64,000 nt of DNA from Eledone cirrhosa. Its lineage: Eukaryota. Below are positions 1 through 11,793 of this stretch, piece by piece (position 1 is the first letter of the stretch; each line of letters begins with the position of its first letter). The position numbers and the translations under genes were made by a program. The notes beneath the pieces are model-generated. The model was not told the DNA's origin, did not search any database, and was given only the letters and a program-made list of their open reading frames with translations. Where the stretch lies: positions 254,324,001 to 254,388,000 of the forward strand of contig OZ024740.1 of assembly GCA_964016885.1 (NCBI GenBank). Reading direction: 5' to 3'.

Positions 1-70
<70 letters not shown>

Positions 71-74
<4 letters not shown>

Positions 75-1296
75 ATAAATTCCAAACCTGGAAGCAGGGA
101 CTAGAGAGAAAGGGCCTCAAAGTCAACATGACAAAGACTAAGGTCCTTATAAGTAGACGAGAAAACAGAACCCAGATCCCCTCAGGGAAATGGCCTTGCT
201 CAGTATGTAGGAAAGGTGTAGGTAGGAACTCCATTCTCTGCCCCAAATGCAAACAATGGGTACACAAGAGATGTAGCGGGATCTCAGGAAGCTTAATTAA
301 GAATGTAGGATTCACATGCAGCAGCTGTGCTGAAACAGCAAGCAAACAGCCACAGGAAACAAGTACCACCAATCTCTGGGAGGGCCCTGTAGAAACAGTA
401 GACAGCTTCTGCTACCTGGGTGACCGAATTAGCAACGGAGGTGGGTGCTCAGAAAGTACAATAACTAGGGTAAGAACGGGATGGAAGAAGTTTAGGGAAC
501 TACTACCACTGCTAGCTGCAAAAGGCTTCTCCCTCAGAATGAAAGGCAGACTGTATGATGCGTGTATCCGAACAGCGATGTTGCATGGTAGTGAGACCTG
601 GGCGCTGAAGGTGGAAGACTTACGTAGATTAGAGAGAAACGAAGCCTGCATGCTCCGATGGATGTGTAACAGTAATATACGTGAACGACAAAGCATAAAT
701 GAATTGAGAGAGAGACTGAGCATAAGAGGAATCAAATGCTGCGTGCAGGAGAGGCGGTTACGCTGGTATGGACATGTGATGCGTATGAAGGATGACAGCT
801 GCATAAAAAGGTGCAGAGCACTAGAAGTTGATGGAAACCGCGGAGTGGGGAGACCCAAGATGACTTGGGATGAGGTGATAAAAGCCGACCTTACCCAACT
901 ACACCTCTCAAAGTCAATGACACACGACCGTGACTTCTGGCGTCACGCAGTAATACAGGGTACCCGACCTCCCATGGGTACATGCTGAAGCATATAAACA
1001 ATATGCCCCCCCCCCACCCCACCCCACCGCAAGGTGGTCGTGGAGGTGCCACGGCAAAAAAGCACCCAGCCCACACTGTAAAGTGGACGTGTAGGCGCCA
1101 CGAAAAAGCACCCAGCACTCACTGTAAATGAGGTTGGTGTTAGGAAGGGCATCCAGCTGTAGAAATCAAGCCAGATCAGTTCCTGTATGAGCAAGGCATG
1201 GTCAGCCGACCAGACACTGCCCACAACAGGACAACCCGTCTAACCCATGCTAGCGTGGAAGAACGGACGTAAAACGGTGATGATGATGATGATGAT
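71..1296 (+). mobile_element. RTE-clade LINE, 5'-truncated (family X), inside C1QBP intron 2
   Basis: ORF 128-988 has a C4HC3 finger, FCYLG, HGSETW, LRWYGHV and GRPK motifs. 3' UTR and (GAT)n tail present, both ends in (TA)n. Protein identical to the C-terminus of the 47636-49658 copy. Confidence 0.93.
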
Positions 1297-1315
1297 ATAT
1301 ATATATATATACATA

Positions 1316-1359
<44 letters not shown>

Positions 1360-1413
1360 TATCTGTATATATATATATATATACATATCTGTATATATAT
1401 ATATATATACATA

Positions 1414-1452
<39 letters not shown>

Positions 1453-1504
1453 CTGTATAGATATATATATACACAGATATGTATATATATATATATATAT
1501 ATAT

Positions 1505-2305
1505 GTGGTGGAACAGCACAGCAGATAAGGCCATTAGAGACAAACGACTAGCATGGAAGGCTTGGAAAAAGGGTGCGAGTAGGGAAGGATATACAGCCGC
1601 TAAGAGAGAAGCTAGACGTCAGGTGTACTTAGCACGCAGGGAGTATGAGTGTGGGATGTTTGCCCATGTTCTGCGATGGGAAGATCAGAGGTGTGCGGTG
1701 TTCCACAATGCAAGGCAGTATGTCAATGCAAATCAGGATATTGTTGGAGATAAATGTGTCCGGAATGATGTCGTCGTACTTAGTGTCACGAATGATCAGT
1801 AAAAGGAGGCCTGGAAATGTCATTCTGAGAGACTGATGAATGTGGAGAACGAATGGGAGAGAGAAATTACCCTCAGTAGATCCGACAGAGGGACTAGCTA
1901 TTGAGATTGATGAATATAGGGTCCAAGAGGCGATTAAGGAAATGAAAAATGGTAAGGCTGCTGGACCATCGGGGATAGTTGCTGAGATGCTGAAGGCATC
2001 AAGGGACGTAGGCACTAAACTGGTTGCACGCATCATCAATCAGGCTATATATATGGTGTCATACCCAAAGACTGTTGCAGCAGTATTATCATAAATTGCT
2101 ATAAAGGTAAAGGGGATGCCCTGGAGAGGAGCAGTTATAGGGGTATAAAACTGATGGATCAGGTTATGAAAGTGGCAGAAAGGATATTACACAACTAATT
2201 AGAGAAATGGTCAAACTAGATGAGATGCAATTTGGTTTTTTGCCTGGGAAGAGTACAACAGATGCCCTCTTCTTGGTGAGACAATTACTAGAGAGGTACT
2301 TAGAG
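1505..2305 (+). mobile_element. Degenerate RTE LINE internal fragment
   Basis: WWNS...[27 protein letters not shown] and DEMQFGF motifs with stops and frameshifts. Starts directly after (TA)n. Confidence 0.85.
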
Positions 2306-2493
2306 AATCGATTTTTTTCTCTATATCTCTTTCTCAATTCCATTATCTCACTGTATCCTTCTCTGCAAGAAATCTGCTGTGTTTAGGTCAAAAGAGGAAT
2401 ATGCACTGCCAGGCTTAAAATGCCCAAAGAACACTATGTCACTACTGGACTATACTATATATAGTAAATATACATAAAACTTATCAAACTTAC

Positions 2494-2644
2494 TGTTCAT
2501 TGCCTAAAGTTTTTGTTAAGGTTATTTTGGCGTTGTCTGTGACAATGTCAAATCCATCAATCACTGGAAGTTTGGCAGGATACTTCTTTGTATTCTGTCC
2601 GAGACTGATTTCTTTCTCTAAAAATCTGGAGAGTTCAGCATCAA
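2494..2644 (-). CDS. C1QBP: C1QBP/p32 coding exon 2 (151 nt); later exons lie beyond the window start
   Basis: Polypyrimidine acceptor TTTTCCATTCCTTTTAG and donor GTAAGT. Translates VDAELSRFLEKEISLGQNTKKYPAKLPVIDGFDIVTDNAKITLTKTLGNE, which aligns by eye to the C1QBP alpha-A/beta1-beta2 region. Not in the ORF track. Confidence 0.85.
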
Positions 2645-3944
2645 CTAAAAGGAATGGAAAATAGAAAAACAGAACATATAAAACCTGCCAAACAAAAGGT
2701 TGGGAGGAGACACTTCTTCACTATCACCATCATTTAATGTTTGCTTTCCCTGCTAGCAAGGGCTAGACAGGTTTATATAAACTAAATCAGTACTGAAGCA
2801 GGACTACTGATCTCCCAGGCAGACCAGGGGTCTGAATCTCACCTATGTACGGACTCACATTCTACTGAGTGAACAGAAGAGGTTGTCATGTCTTTGACAA
2901 AACTGAATGGTCTCCCTATCTCTTTGTTTGGCAAGTTTTTTATGGCTGGATGCCCTTCCTATCACTAACCACTTCAGCTGTATCAAAACAGAATTTATAT
3001 AAAATGTGCCAAACAAAAGGTTGGGAGGACTCTTCAACTGTCAAAAACATAACCTCCCTAGGGCTCGTGTCATGATAAAACGCAGAGTAAATCATGGGAA
3101 CATATGTAAGTGAGGTATGACACCCTCCCTGACCCATGAGATATCAGTAGCTCCACTTAAGTAATGACTAGTCTGTGACAACCTGACCAACCCTTGATAG
3201 CAGGAAAAGTGGATGTTAAACGTTGATGATACATACATACACCAACATATCTATCTATACATATAGTCCCAACAGTGATCTCAGCCATTTTAAATATACA
3301 CACACACACAAATATACATGACTATGCATTCTGAGTTCCAATTCAAATTTCTGCCACAAGGAAAATGGCAATGTTCTTGCCAAGAATTGCTGCAATAGGC
3401 AGACAATAGCAAGGAAAACTATTTCCTTGGTTTGATCTGGCTATCAGCTTCTTTGTAGGTAATCTCTGTACTTTTCTTTACTTCTTTAAGTAAGGTTCTG
3501 ATTTTGAGATTATATTTTCATCACCATTAAATAAAGGCTGTCTTTGCTGCTAGCAAGGGTTGGACAGGTCTTCACATATCCAACCTGAAGCAAAACTATT
3601 CACCTCTCGGTTATAATTTTTATTTCATAGGTTGAAATTTGTTTTATTTAAATAAGATAACTTTAGACAGCTTTTTGTTCATAATTAACCCTTTCATGAC
3701 CATATTGCTAATGAAATACACTATTTCAATTAATTAATGAAGAATTTTGAGGGATTTACTAAAATTATTAATTATTTCCTTACTAAGATAGGTTCTTATA
3801 TAAAATTATGTTGGAAGATTTTAATTTAAATTGGAAACCTTTAAAATGTGTGATTTTATTTCATATAATCAGAGTTGGCCAGGTTGGTAACTAAAGGATT
3901 AAGTGATTAAAAACTTGAATTTTACTTTAGTGGAATTTTGGATA

Positions 3945-4240
3945 GCCTCACAAGCGACCAAAACAGGCTTTCCTCCGAAGGGTCTTTGGAGTAACGTACG
4001 TTAGTCAACAGAGCGCGTAGCTCGGAGATCAGAGAGTCGCTTCAGGTAGAGACGCTACCTCTCCAAATTGAGTGATCACAGGTCCAATATTATGGGCATG
4101 TGGTTAGAATGTCTCAGGAAAGAATCACTAGACAAAACCAACTGGCAGGAAACCCAGGGGTAGACACCAAGGAAGATGGTTGGATAACATCCATGAGCTT
4201 GGCAGGTCTCACTTGGGGATCCAGCTGCTTCTGATGGTAC
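3945..4240 (+). mobile_element. Old 3' fragment of Rex3/Expander-like RTE
   Basis: Similar to 30121-30380 (CGAAGGGTCTTTGGAGTAACG...GCTCGGAGATCAGAGAGTC...AGATGGTTGGATAACATCCATGA). Confidence 0.75.
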
Positions 4241-5214
4241 CCACATACCGCCCTTACATACCACAATTCTGCAAAATTTCAATTTTTTAACGTCCCACCT
4301 GCATATATTCACTCCCACACCCCACCCCACTGTAACCCTTTGCAGAATCATAATCTCCTATGTTTAAAATATACGAATATGAAGAAGTTTTCGGGGTAAA
4401 ATAAATAGAATGTAGAGACTTAAAACTCAGCCTTTACTCAACATCGAACAAGTTTTAATAAAAATTCTTTACCGGAGTTTTATTATCACAATGCTTTTCA
4501 ACATACGATATTTTAAGTATAAACCTTTCCAACACAAAGTTTTTATCAAGTAAACTTGACCGGGTTATAGTTTAACGCCTTCACTTTTTCCACAATTTTG
4601 TTTCCACATAACTTTCTTAATAGGATATTTTTAAAGACATTTTAAAGAGACACATTATCCATCGTGTAGATTAGAAATATGTCGATAAAATTTAAATTCA
4701 TAAGCTGTAAAAATGATATTGCATTCCTTATTAAAAAATTTGACGTTAGGAACAACGAGAAAAAAAATTCCGATTTAACACTTAGCTTACTATAAATACA
4801 AATTGAAAGTATCAAAAATACCTTTTTTTTTTAATTTCATCAACATATTCGTAAATATTCACTAAAAATGTGAAGGTTACGGGGAAATAAAATCGGGTGC
4901 GAGTTAGTGAACTATAGTCATGGGATAAACTTATCACAGAAATGTGCAGATTTCAAGGATACGCACATGTTGGGCAAGGTCGACCAACGGTAGAATTCGA
5001 ACTCAGAACATAAAGGGACATAATTTGCCACCCACGGCCATTACCACTTAAATATTTAATATGAAAAATGAATTTTTTTAAACGGCTGGTCAGTACTGGT
5101 TACTTTGTGCATCAACATCCACACCAGTGTTGCCCAATGAATCTATTTTATTCTAGGTTACCAACCCTAAATCATATCCTAAGAAATAAAAATATTTATT
5201 ATCCGTTGATAACA

Positions 5215-5330
5215 TAAATAATTGTTTCTACTTTTGGTACAAGGCCAGCAATTATCGCAGTGTATTGCTGGTACTTTATTTTATCGACCCCGTAAGGATG
5301 AAAGGCAAAGTTAATCTCGGCGGGATTAAT
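5215..5330 (-). mobile_element. SINE fragment (related pieces near 4975-5015, 7405-7930, 8330-8500, 8710-8780)
   Basis: Recurrent motif GGTACTTTATTTTATCGACCCC...GGATGAAAGGCAAAGT...CTCGGCGG seen in both orientations. Resembles SINEs I associate with octopus genomes. Confidence 0.65.
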
Positions 5331-5910
5331 AATATCAACATATGTATCGGGAACGAAGTATTTATTTAAACGTTAAACGTAGAAATGTAACGAAAACCGG
5401 CTAGACAGCTCTGAGAAAGAAAATGTAATAAAGTTAGGGAAAAAAAATCAAAATTGATTTACTATTTCTACAAAATATATAGCATAAGGACCAACCCAGA
5501 GTTTGATACGACACTTCAATAGAGTTAAAATAAATATTTGAATGAGTTAAATATTAATGAAAAGACAAGGTAGTCAAACCACGTGGTATATAGCCAGAAA
5601 GTAAGGATTATATTAATAAAGCACCGTCCGTATGTAATTATAATCAATCCAGTACAACATAAATGAAAACTATACATTCAAACTGAATAACAGGGGAAAA
5701 AATTGATTATAAAATTATATATACGTATTAAGATTATAAAACTATGACGGTAAAAACAAAATCAGACTTTTTGAAAATTGTAGTATGGAAACGAAAATCA
5801 ATATTACATGGAGACTTTTAAATATTAGAAATACAATTTATATACACACACACACAATATATATATATATATATATATACATATATAAAGGGTATAAATA
5901 TGCTGGTTAC

Positions 5911-6214
5911 CTTCTGTGTGAAGCAGCCGGTAGTGCTGACTTAGAGAGGTGACATTGGCAAGTTGAGAGGTGAAGAGTCGCGGTGAGGAAGATGTGAATT
6001 TGGCGGTCAAAGATGGAAATATGGAAACAGATGAACTGGACGTAGAATTAGAGAAAAATCTGGCTGCACTGAAGAATGGGTTAGAAAACTGGTTCACCTT
6101 CGTTATATTTGATGATGCACTGCCTACACTAAAAGGGACACTTTTTTCAAACATTTTAAATGCTCTTCGCCAATTTTGGCCGCTATTAAATTGTCGAACG
6201 ATACTAGATGTCAT
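5911..6214 (-). CDS. C1QBP: C1QBP/p32 (MAM33 family) coding exon 1: mitochondrial presequence and start of mature protein
   Basis: ATG at 6214 in GCGAAGATGA context. The Ser/Arg/Phe-rich, acid-poor leader MTSSIVRQ...HYRLLHTE ends at a phase-1 donor (GAAG|GTAACC). It splices in frame to exon 2644-2494, giving LHTEVDAELSRFLEKEI, which matches the mature N-terminus of C1QBP (human LHTDGDKAFVDFLSDEI). Confidence 0.85.
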
Positions 6215-6527
6215 CTTCGCTAGCTGAATTCCCTGTTTGTGTAAACGAATAGGTATAAAATTACTAGAAAACATTTTAAAATGAAACAACACAAGCGAGG
6301 AATCCAGGACAGAGGCGGCTCAAGTACTTTTCAAGGACGATAACTGAGAAGTAACTAAAGGCAGATAATTGCGGTGTAGTTTTAGTTTATTTCAGGATAT
6401 TGATATTGTCCATAGATTTTATGCGAAATAAAAATAATTGTATGGTTACTGTAAGCTTAGTTTGAATAATATATTTTTAAAAGGAATTAGGCAGGTGAAG
6501 AAGGGATAATGTTCGTAAGCTCTACAT

Positions 6528-6691
6528 GACTGGGAATACCACTTCATTCCCTTGGTGGTAAAATGCCACCCCCACTCCCTTTTTATGTTTTTTTAATCTC
6601 ACTTTTTGCGACTGGGAATACCACTCCATTCCCTTGGTGGTAAAATGCCACCCCCACTCCCTTTTTATGTTTTTTTAATCTCACTTTTTGC
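6528..6691. repeat. Tandem duplication, 2 x 82 bp, about 310 bp upstream of the C1QBP ATG
   Basis: GACTGGGAATACCACT(T/C)CATTCCC...CACTTTTTGC repeated head to tail with about 1 difference. Confidence 0.9.
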
Positions 6692-6784
6692 GTTTATATT
6701 TGTATATATATATATATATATATGTATTTGTCTTTTCGTTCTGTAAGCATTATATTGTTATATTTTTTATTTGTAATGTTATTT

Positions 6785-7135
6785 ATGGCAAAAGGCCAGA
6801 CGGATGACCATCTTCCCGTTACGCGGTAGTAAACCCCTCGTCTGGGATGCCACATGCAGCAATGCATTCTCCAGCGGCAACCTGGTGCAGTCTCCGATTA
6901 ACCCAGGCTCTACTGCACTTTGGGCTGAGGAGGATAAACTCTCAGACAGGTTTGCAGTCGAGTCCCCATTAGTGAAGACTCCTGGTGTCCTTGGCCCTAG
7001 GGCTACCTCCCGACTCACCACCATAGGCACTGAGCTGGCTAGCCGCGGGTGTGAGCCTCACGAGATGGAATGGTTCTTCCAGCTCATCTCCCTTACCATC
7101 CTCCGGGGACATGCCTTCTTTATTCTGTCCGCCGG
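6785..7135 (+). mobile_element. 3' fragment of a CRE-like non-LTR retrotransposon (restriction-like endonuclease region)
   Basis: GKRPDGMTIFP...PLVWDATC...AEEDK...GVLGP...ISLTILRGHA fits the RPD-type REL endonuclease C-terminus of early-branching LINEs. Confidence 0.7.
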
Positions 7136-7439
7136 GGCTATAGGGCGGCCAGCGCGTGGGATGCTATTTGCTCATAATAGTGAGAGATGAGGATGGCGAG
7201 AGAGATGGAGACAATAAGAGTCTGGCTCCTCTGTGTTCTAACCTGTTGTATGAGTATGTTTACATCTATTCTTATGCGTGGAATGTTGTTCAACAGCAAC
7301 ACCTTAACGTAAATGGCTGAACGTAATTTGATTTTACTTTTTTTATATTACTTAACAAAAATCTCTGCAGTAATGTAAAAAAACAATATATATATATATA
7401 ATGCTCTCTACGGTCTGAGTCAAATCCTGTAGAGGATAG

Positions 7440-7807
7440 TGTAGCGGTTGTCTCCCTTGTTTTGATTGGGATCTAGACGGGAAGTAGAACCCTTTCTGCA
7501 ACTTCCGGTCAGAGCCCTATAAAACTAACAACTTTAAGCTTTCTAACTCTCTTTGCCTTTTCGGCACCAGGTCAAGAGCCTCTCATTTGGCTCTGCCATT
7601 TTTTTGGCCAACAGGCGCCTGGCCTTAGCCAGGCGTCCTCTGCCAGCCGCGTTTGCCTGGCAATCAAAACGGTAACTACTAACTTTGTTTCATTCTAACA
7701 TCTATTCCTATTGACATGTCAACTATACTATCTACCATTGTTAATTAAATATTATACACACAAACTATGTATTCCTTGTTACATTCATACAACCTAGTAT
7801 CCTCGCT
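7440..7807 (+). mobile_element. Solo LTR related to element A, inserted into a SINE
   Basis: Begins TGTAGCGGTTGTCTCCCTTG, has CCCTATAAAAC and ends GTATCCTCGCT, like LTRs 9802-10127 and 11468-11793. The flanks rejoin as SINE (GTCTGAGTCAAATCC...|...TTGCCTTTCATCC). Confidence 0.85.
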
Positions 7808-9801
7808 TTGCCTTTCATCCTTAAGGGGTCCATAAAATCAAGTATCAGTAACACGCTGGGGATTGATTTAATCAACTTTCCCCTTCCCTTCAAATTGCTG
7901 GTCTTGTACCAAAAAATGGAAACAATTATTAAGGGCATTAGATACCTCTCCTAGTCTGTCGTGGCTTATCAGCACTATAAGAAAGTCGACATTGATTACA
8001 TAAACAATAAATATTTATCAAGGAAAAAACCTCACTGAAAACGTTCAAATTTCGGTTCAACCATCACGCTAAAATAAATTCTTTGATAACCTTTTTTTGA
8101 AATCCAACTTTTACATTTGGAGTTGATGAGATAAAGTAGTTTGGCCTGTAATTCAGTCGACATGCTATAAACTTAGCCAGTTACAACTCCAATCTGGAAT
8201 GAACATACACAAAATATATTTAAAAGTTTCATCGGCAGTAGCACTAACACAGTGTGATTCATAATATAGGTATATATGAACCTATATACAATATGTTTAT
8301 ATATGTTTGTTGTTGTTGTTTTTTAATTTAGGCAAAGCATCAGCAATGTTTGAGAGGGGAAAGTTGATTAAATCGTCCCTAGAACTTGATTGGTACTTTA
8401 TTGTAGCGACATCACAAGACAAAGTTGGCCTCGGCGAGATTTGATCTCAAAATAACGAAGCAGCCTGCCCGGCCTTATAACGATTCTGTTAATCCACCGC
8501 CTTTATGTTTATGTATAATAAACAAGTCTCGCTGGGAATATTTCAGATGACGCAGTTACCCCAGTGTCCGTGTAAGAGCAATATATAGGTATTTCATGAT
8601 TATTACTAGTCATCAGTAATGCTTGTTTACTACGGCATACTGTCATCTTGAAGTTTATAACATCTTATAGACAGTTGACATTCTTGTAAATGACAGTCAC
8701 ACATTTAAGAAAGGGGATAGTCGAGTGAATCTATCCTTCAATACGTTACTGGTATTTATTTTATTGACCTTCAAGATGAAACCCAATTCTTGGCCGAGCT
8801 ATTCTGCTAAAGAACGGGGTACAGGTGGCGGAGAGCGATACAGCCACCAGAGATGATGGTTAGTTGCGATATAAGCGGACAACTGCCGGGCGAATAATCA
8901 ACCCTGGTAAACTACTAGGGAAGATGGAGCAATGGGTGACACCTGCGGCTCCCAAGAAAACTCTTACAACCCAGTGACGTATCTACGACGAGGCGAGTAA
9001 AGGCCGTCTCTAAAATAGCCTAGTCTTCGCGAGTTTGACAAAGTACCAGATTCGTGACTGGTGCAAATAAGACCATCGAAACTGAGAAAAGAAAGAAAAA
9101 CCATACTGCACCGTCCTTCATGAGCGTTAACAAAGGACGCGTCCAGGCCTTCAGTAGAGGGGCCTGTTCAAAAAATATATTGCAGCCTCCATTTCACACC
9201 GCAAATACTGGCGGTGGGCCTGCGACCGGTCCTGGGAGGCTTGAGATGGACGCACAAAGGTTGCGTATCCCGAGATCCCAAAAAAGGTCTGGAATGGAGC
9301 AACCTTAACAGTTGGAGGTTTGAACATCACATCCCTTACAGGTAAGGAGCAGGAACCAGTGGCGGAGGCTAGATGATACTGGCTAGATATAGTCGGGGTA
9401 TCCTCAACAAAGTTCCGTGATCCTCATACTGTAGATGGAAACTCCAATATTCAGGTGTGGTGCCAGAAATGATTACAGAGGTGGGAGTGGGAGTACTCAC
9501 AAACCCCCGGCTGTCAGAATGTATTATGGACTGGATCTCGTTAGGAGGGAGGCTGAAGCTTAGGCTGAAAGATAGATCTCCAAACAAGGAGGCCGAATAT
9601 AGGCCCTTCCTTGATGAAGTCACGGCAACGTTAGATGTAGTTAAAACTGAGTCATATATCCTGATGAGAGATTTTAATGCACATGTAGCGACGTGGTTAG
9701 TCAATTTAGTCACTACTTCTGATCAGATCCGAGAATAGCCCTTAGAAGAACTCTTATCGCATACGGTCTGATCAGATCTGAAGATAGCCCTTAAAAGGAC
9801 T

Positions 9802-11793
9802 TGTAGCGGTTGTCTCCCTTGTTGTGACTCACAACCCCAATAGATTAACAACATCTAGACGGGAAGTAGAACCCTTTCTGTAACTTCCGGCAGAGCCCTA
9901 TAAAACGAATAGCCTTCGGCTCTCTCCCTCTCATTTGCCCTTCCGGCGCCTGGCCTTCGCCAGGCGTCTCGCGTTTGCCTGGCAATCAAAACGGTAACTA
10001 CTAACTTTGCTTCATTCTTTCGTTTATTCATTGACATGTCAACTATACTGTTAAATTGTTGATTAAATATTATACACACAAACAAAGCCTCCTTGTTACA
10101 TTCATACAACCCAGTATCTTCCCTATATTGGTAACCCTGACGTGATACGAACACGCAGCCGTTCATCGCTATAAGTGGTCACCCCGAAAAAAGAAAAAAA
10201 TAGCAGAATCTGGCGTTGTGTGAGTAACATTACGAATACACAGCAAATTTATTGACAAACTATGAAAATACTCAGTAAAAGAAACGAACACACCACGCAC
10301 ATGTGAAATTTTCGCACAGACAGACTTTTTCTCTCACGCATCAACTAACTGTCGCATTTCACGATATATATATATGTTTCTCGTTTCTTACAACGAACAC
10401 TTTCAAAACAAAACAAAAAAAGAAAAAGAAATTTGATATTCTTTAAAATACATTTCAACAGGAACATTTATTTTCGATGAACCATTGCCTTTTTTTTTCA
10501 TCGTTTTCTTCATCGTTCAAGTTTTTTTTTTTTTTCCAAAGTTTTTTTTTTTTTTCCAAAGTTCACACCAATAATTATGCCGAGTGAAGCCTTTCTTTTT
10601 CATCATTGTCACTTTCACACTTGCACTATCATTTTCTCGCGCGTTAGAAATATTATTTTTTCAACCTAACTTATCCTTGTATTGGCACGTGTAGGCAGCA
10701 CAAATTCTCAACTCACGGAGATATCTCGACTCACAGAGATAGCCGCACGCCAGAGATAACGTTTCTCGCCAAGGATTCTTCAGCCTTAAGCTATATTCTC
10801 CTATTTGCCGGTTTAAAAATTTACCCCGTAAATTTGCCGTTGAAAACTGCGCATTTATTCAGAATGCTTATTTCTTTGGTCGCTGGCCTCTTGACCCTTC
10901 CAGGTCAACGCATTCTCAACATCGACCATCAACTTCGGCTGCTATTTCTGGCACTTTGCGCAACTCATTTTTTCCGGAAATTTTTTTTTTTACTGTGAAT
11001 TTAAACACCGAATACGCTCACTCAGCGAGACATCAACAGCAACACAGCTTCACCAACAACCAAAACCAGCAGAACAAGCCAGAGAATTTATTTTTGCAGC
11101 ACTCTTCCTGTGAGAAAATCCATTCGGAGGTTGGAAATTTCACGATATACCACAGAACAGAAACCACCTGCATTCATTCTCTGGAACACACTTTCTTTCC
11201 TGCTGTCATGTGATTGCAGACCTGTGAACTATATTTTGTACATTTGAACTTTGAGCCCTTCTCTTACTTTATTACATTGTATCTTTGGGTGATGGATAGA
11301 TAGATGTCCAGTCGTTCTCTGGCCAAGAGCGGTTGGCTACCTTGATATCTATCATTGAATTTTGCAAACATTCTTTTGTCGTAATTTTCATGCCTGTTAC
11401 AACATTCTCGCCAACTTGCTACATATTTCATTCGATTTTTATATTCTAAAATTCTGGCGGGGGGTTATGTAGCGGTTGTCTCCCTTGTTGTGACTCACAA
11501 CCCCAATAGATTAACAACATCTAGACGGGAAGTAGAACCCTTTCTGTAACTTCCGGCAGAGCCCTATAAAACGAATAGCCTTCGGCTCTCCCCCTCTCAT
11601 TTGCCCTTCCGGCACCTGGCCTTCGCCAGGCGTCTCGCGTTTGCCTGGCAATCAAAACGGTAACTACTAACTTTGCTTCATTCTTTCGTTTATTCATTGA
11701 CATGTCAACTATACTGTTAAATTGTTGATTAAATATTATACACACAAACCATGTCTCTTTGTTACATTCATACAACCCAGTATCCTCGCTATA
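9802..11793 (+). mobile_element. Non-autonomous LTR element A inserted in the 3' LTR of C
   Basis: 326-bp LTRs at 9802-10127 and 11468-11793, 4-bp TSD GACT, tRNA-Trp PBS, PPT TCTGGCGGGGGG. The 1.34-kb interior has no gag/pol. Confidence 0.93.

Noticed and set aside
5970-6227. 85-aa plus-strand ORF
   Set aside because: Antisense shadow of C1QBP exon 1; it starts at GTG and has no independent support.
8773-8780. AAGATGAA as the TSD of RTE D (also at 30448-30455)
   Set aside because: Short, purine-rich and part of the local SINE motif; it cannot be distinguished from chance.
9855-10166. Duplicated small ORFs (also 11521-11775, 14990-15172, 20536-20718, 12122-12340, 22971-23186)
   Set aside because: They lie within paired LTRs, so their duplication is explained by LTR identity.
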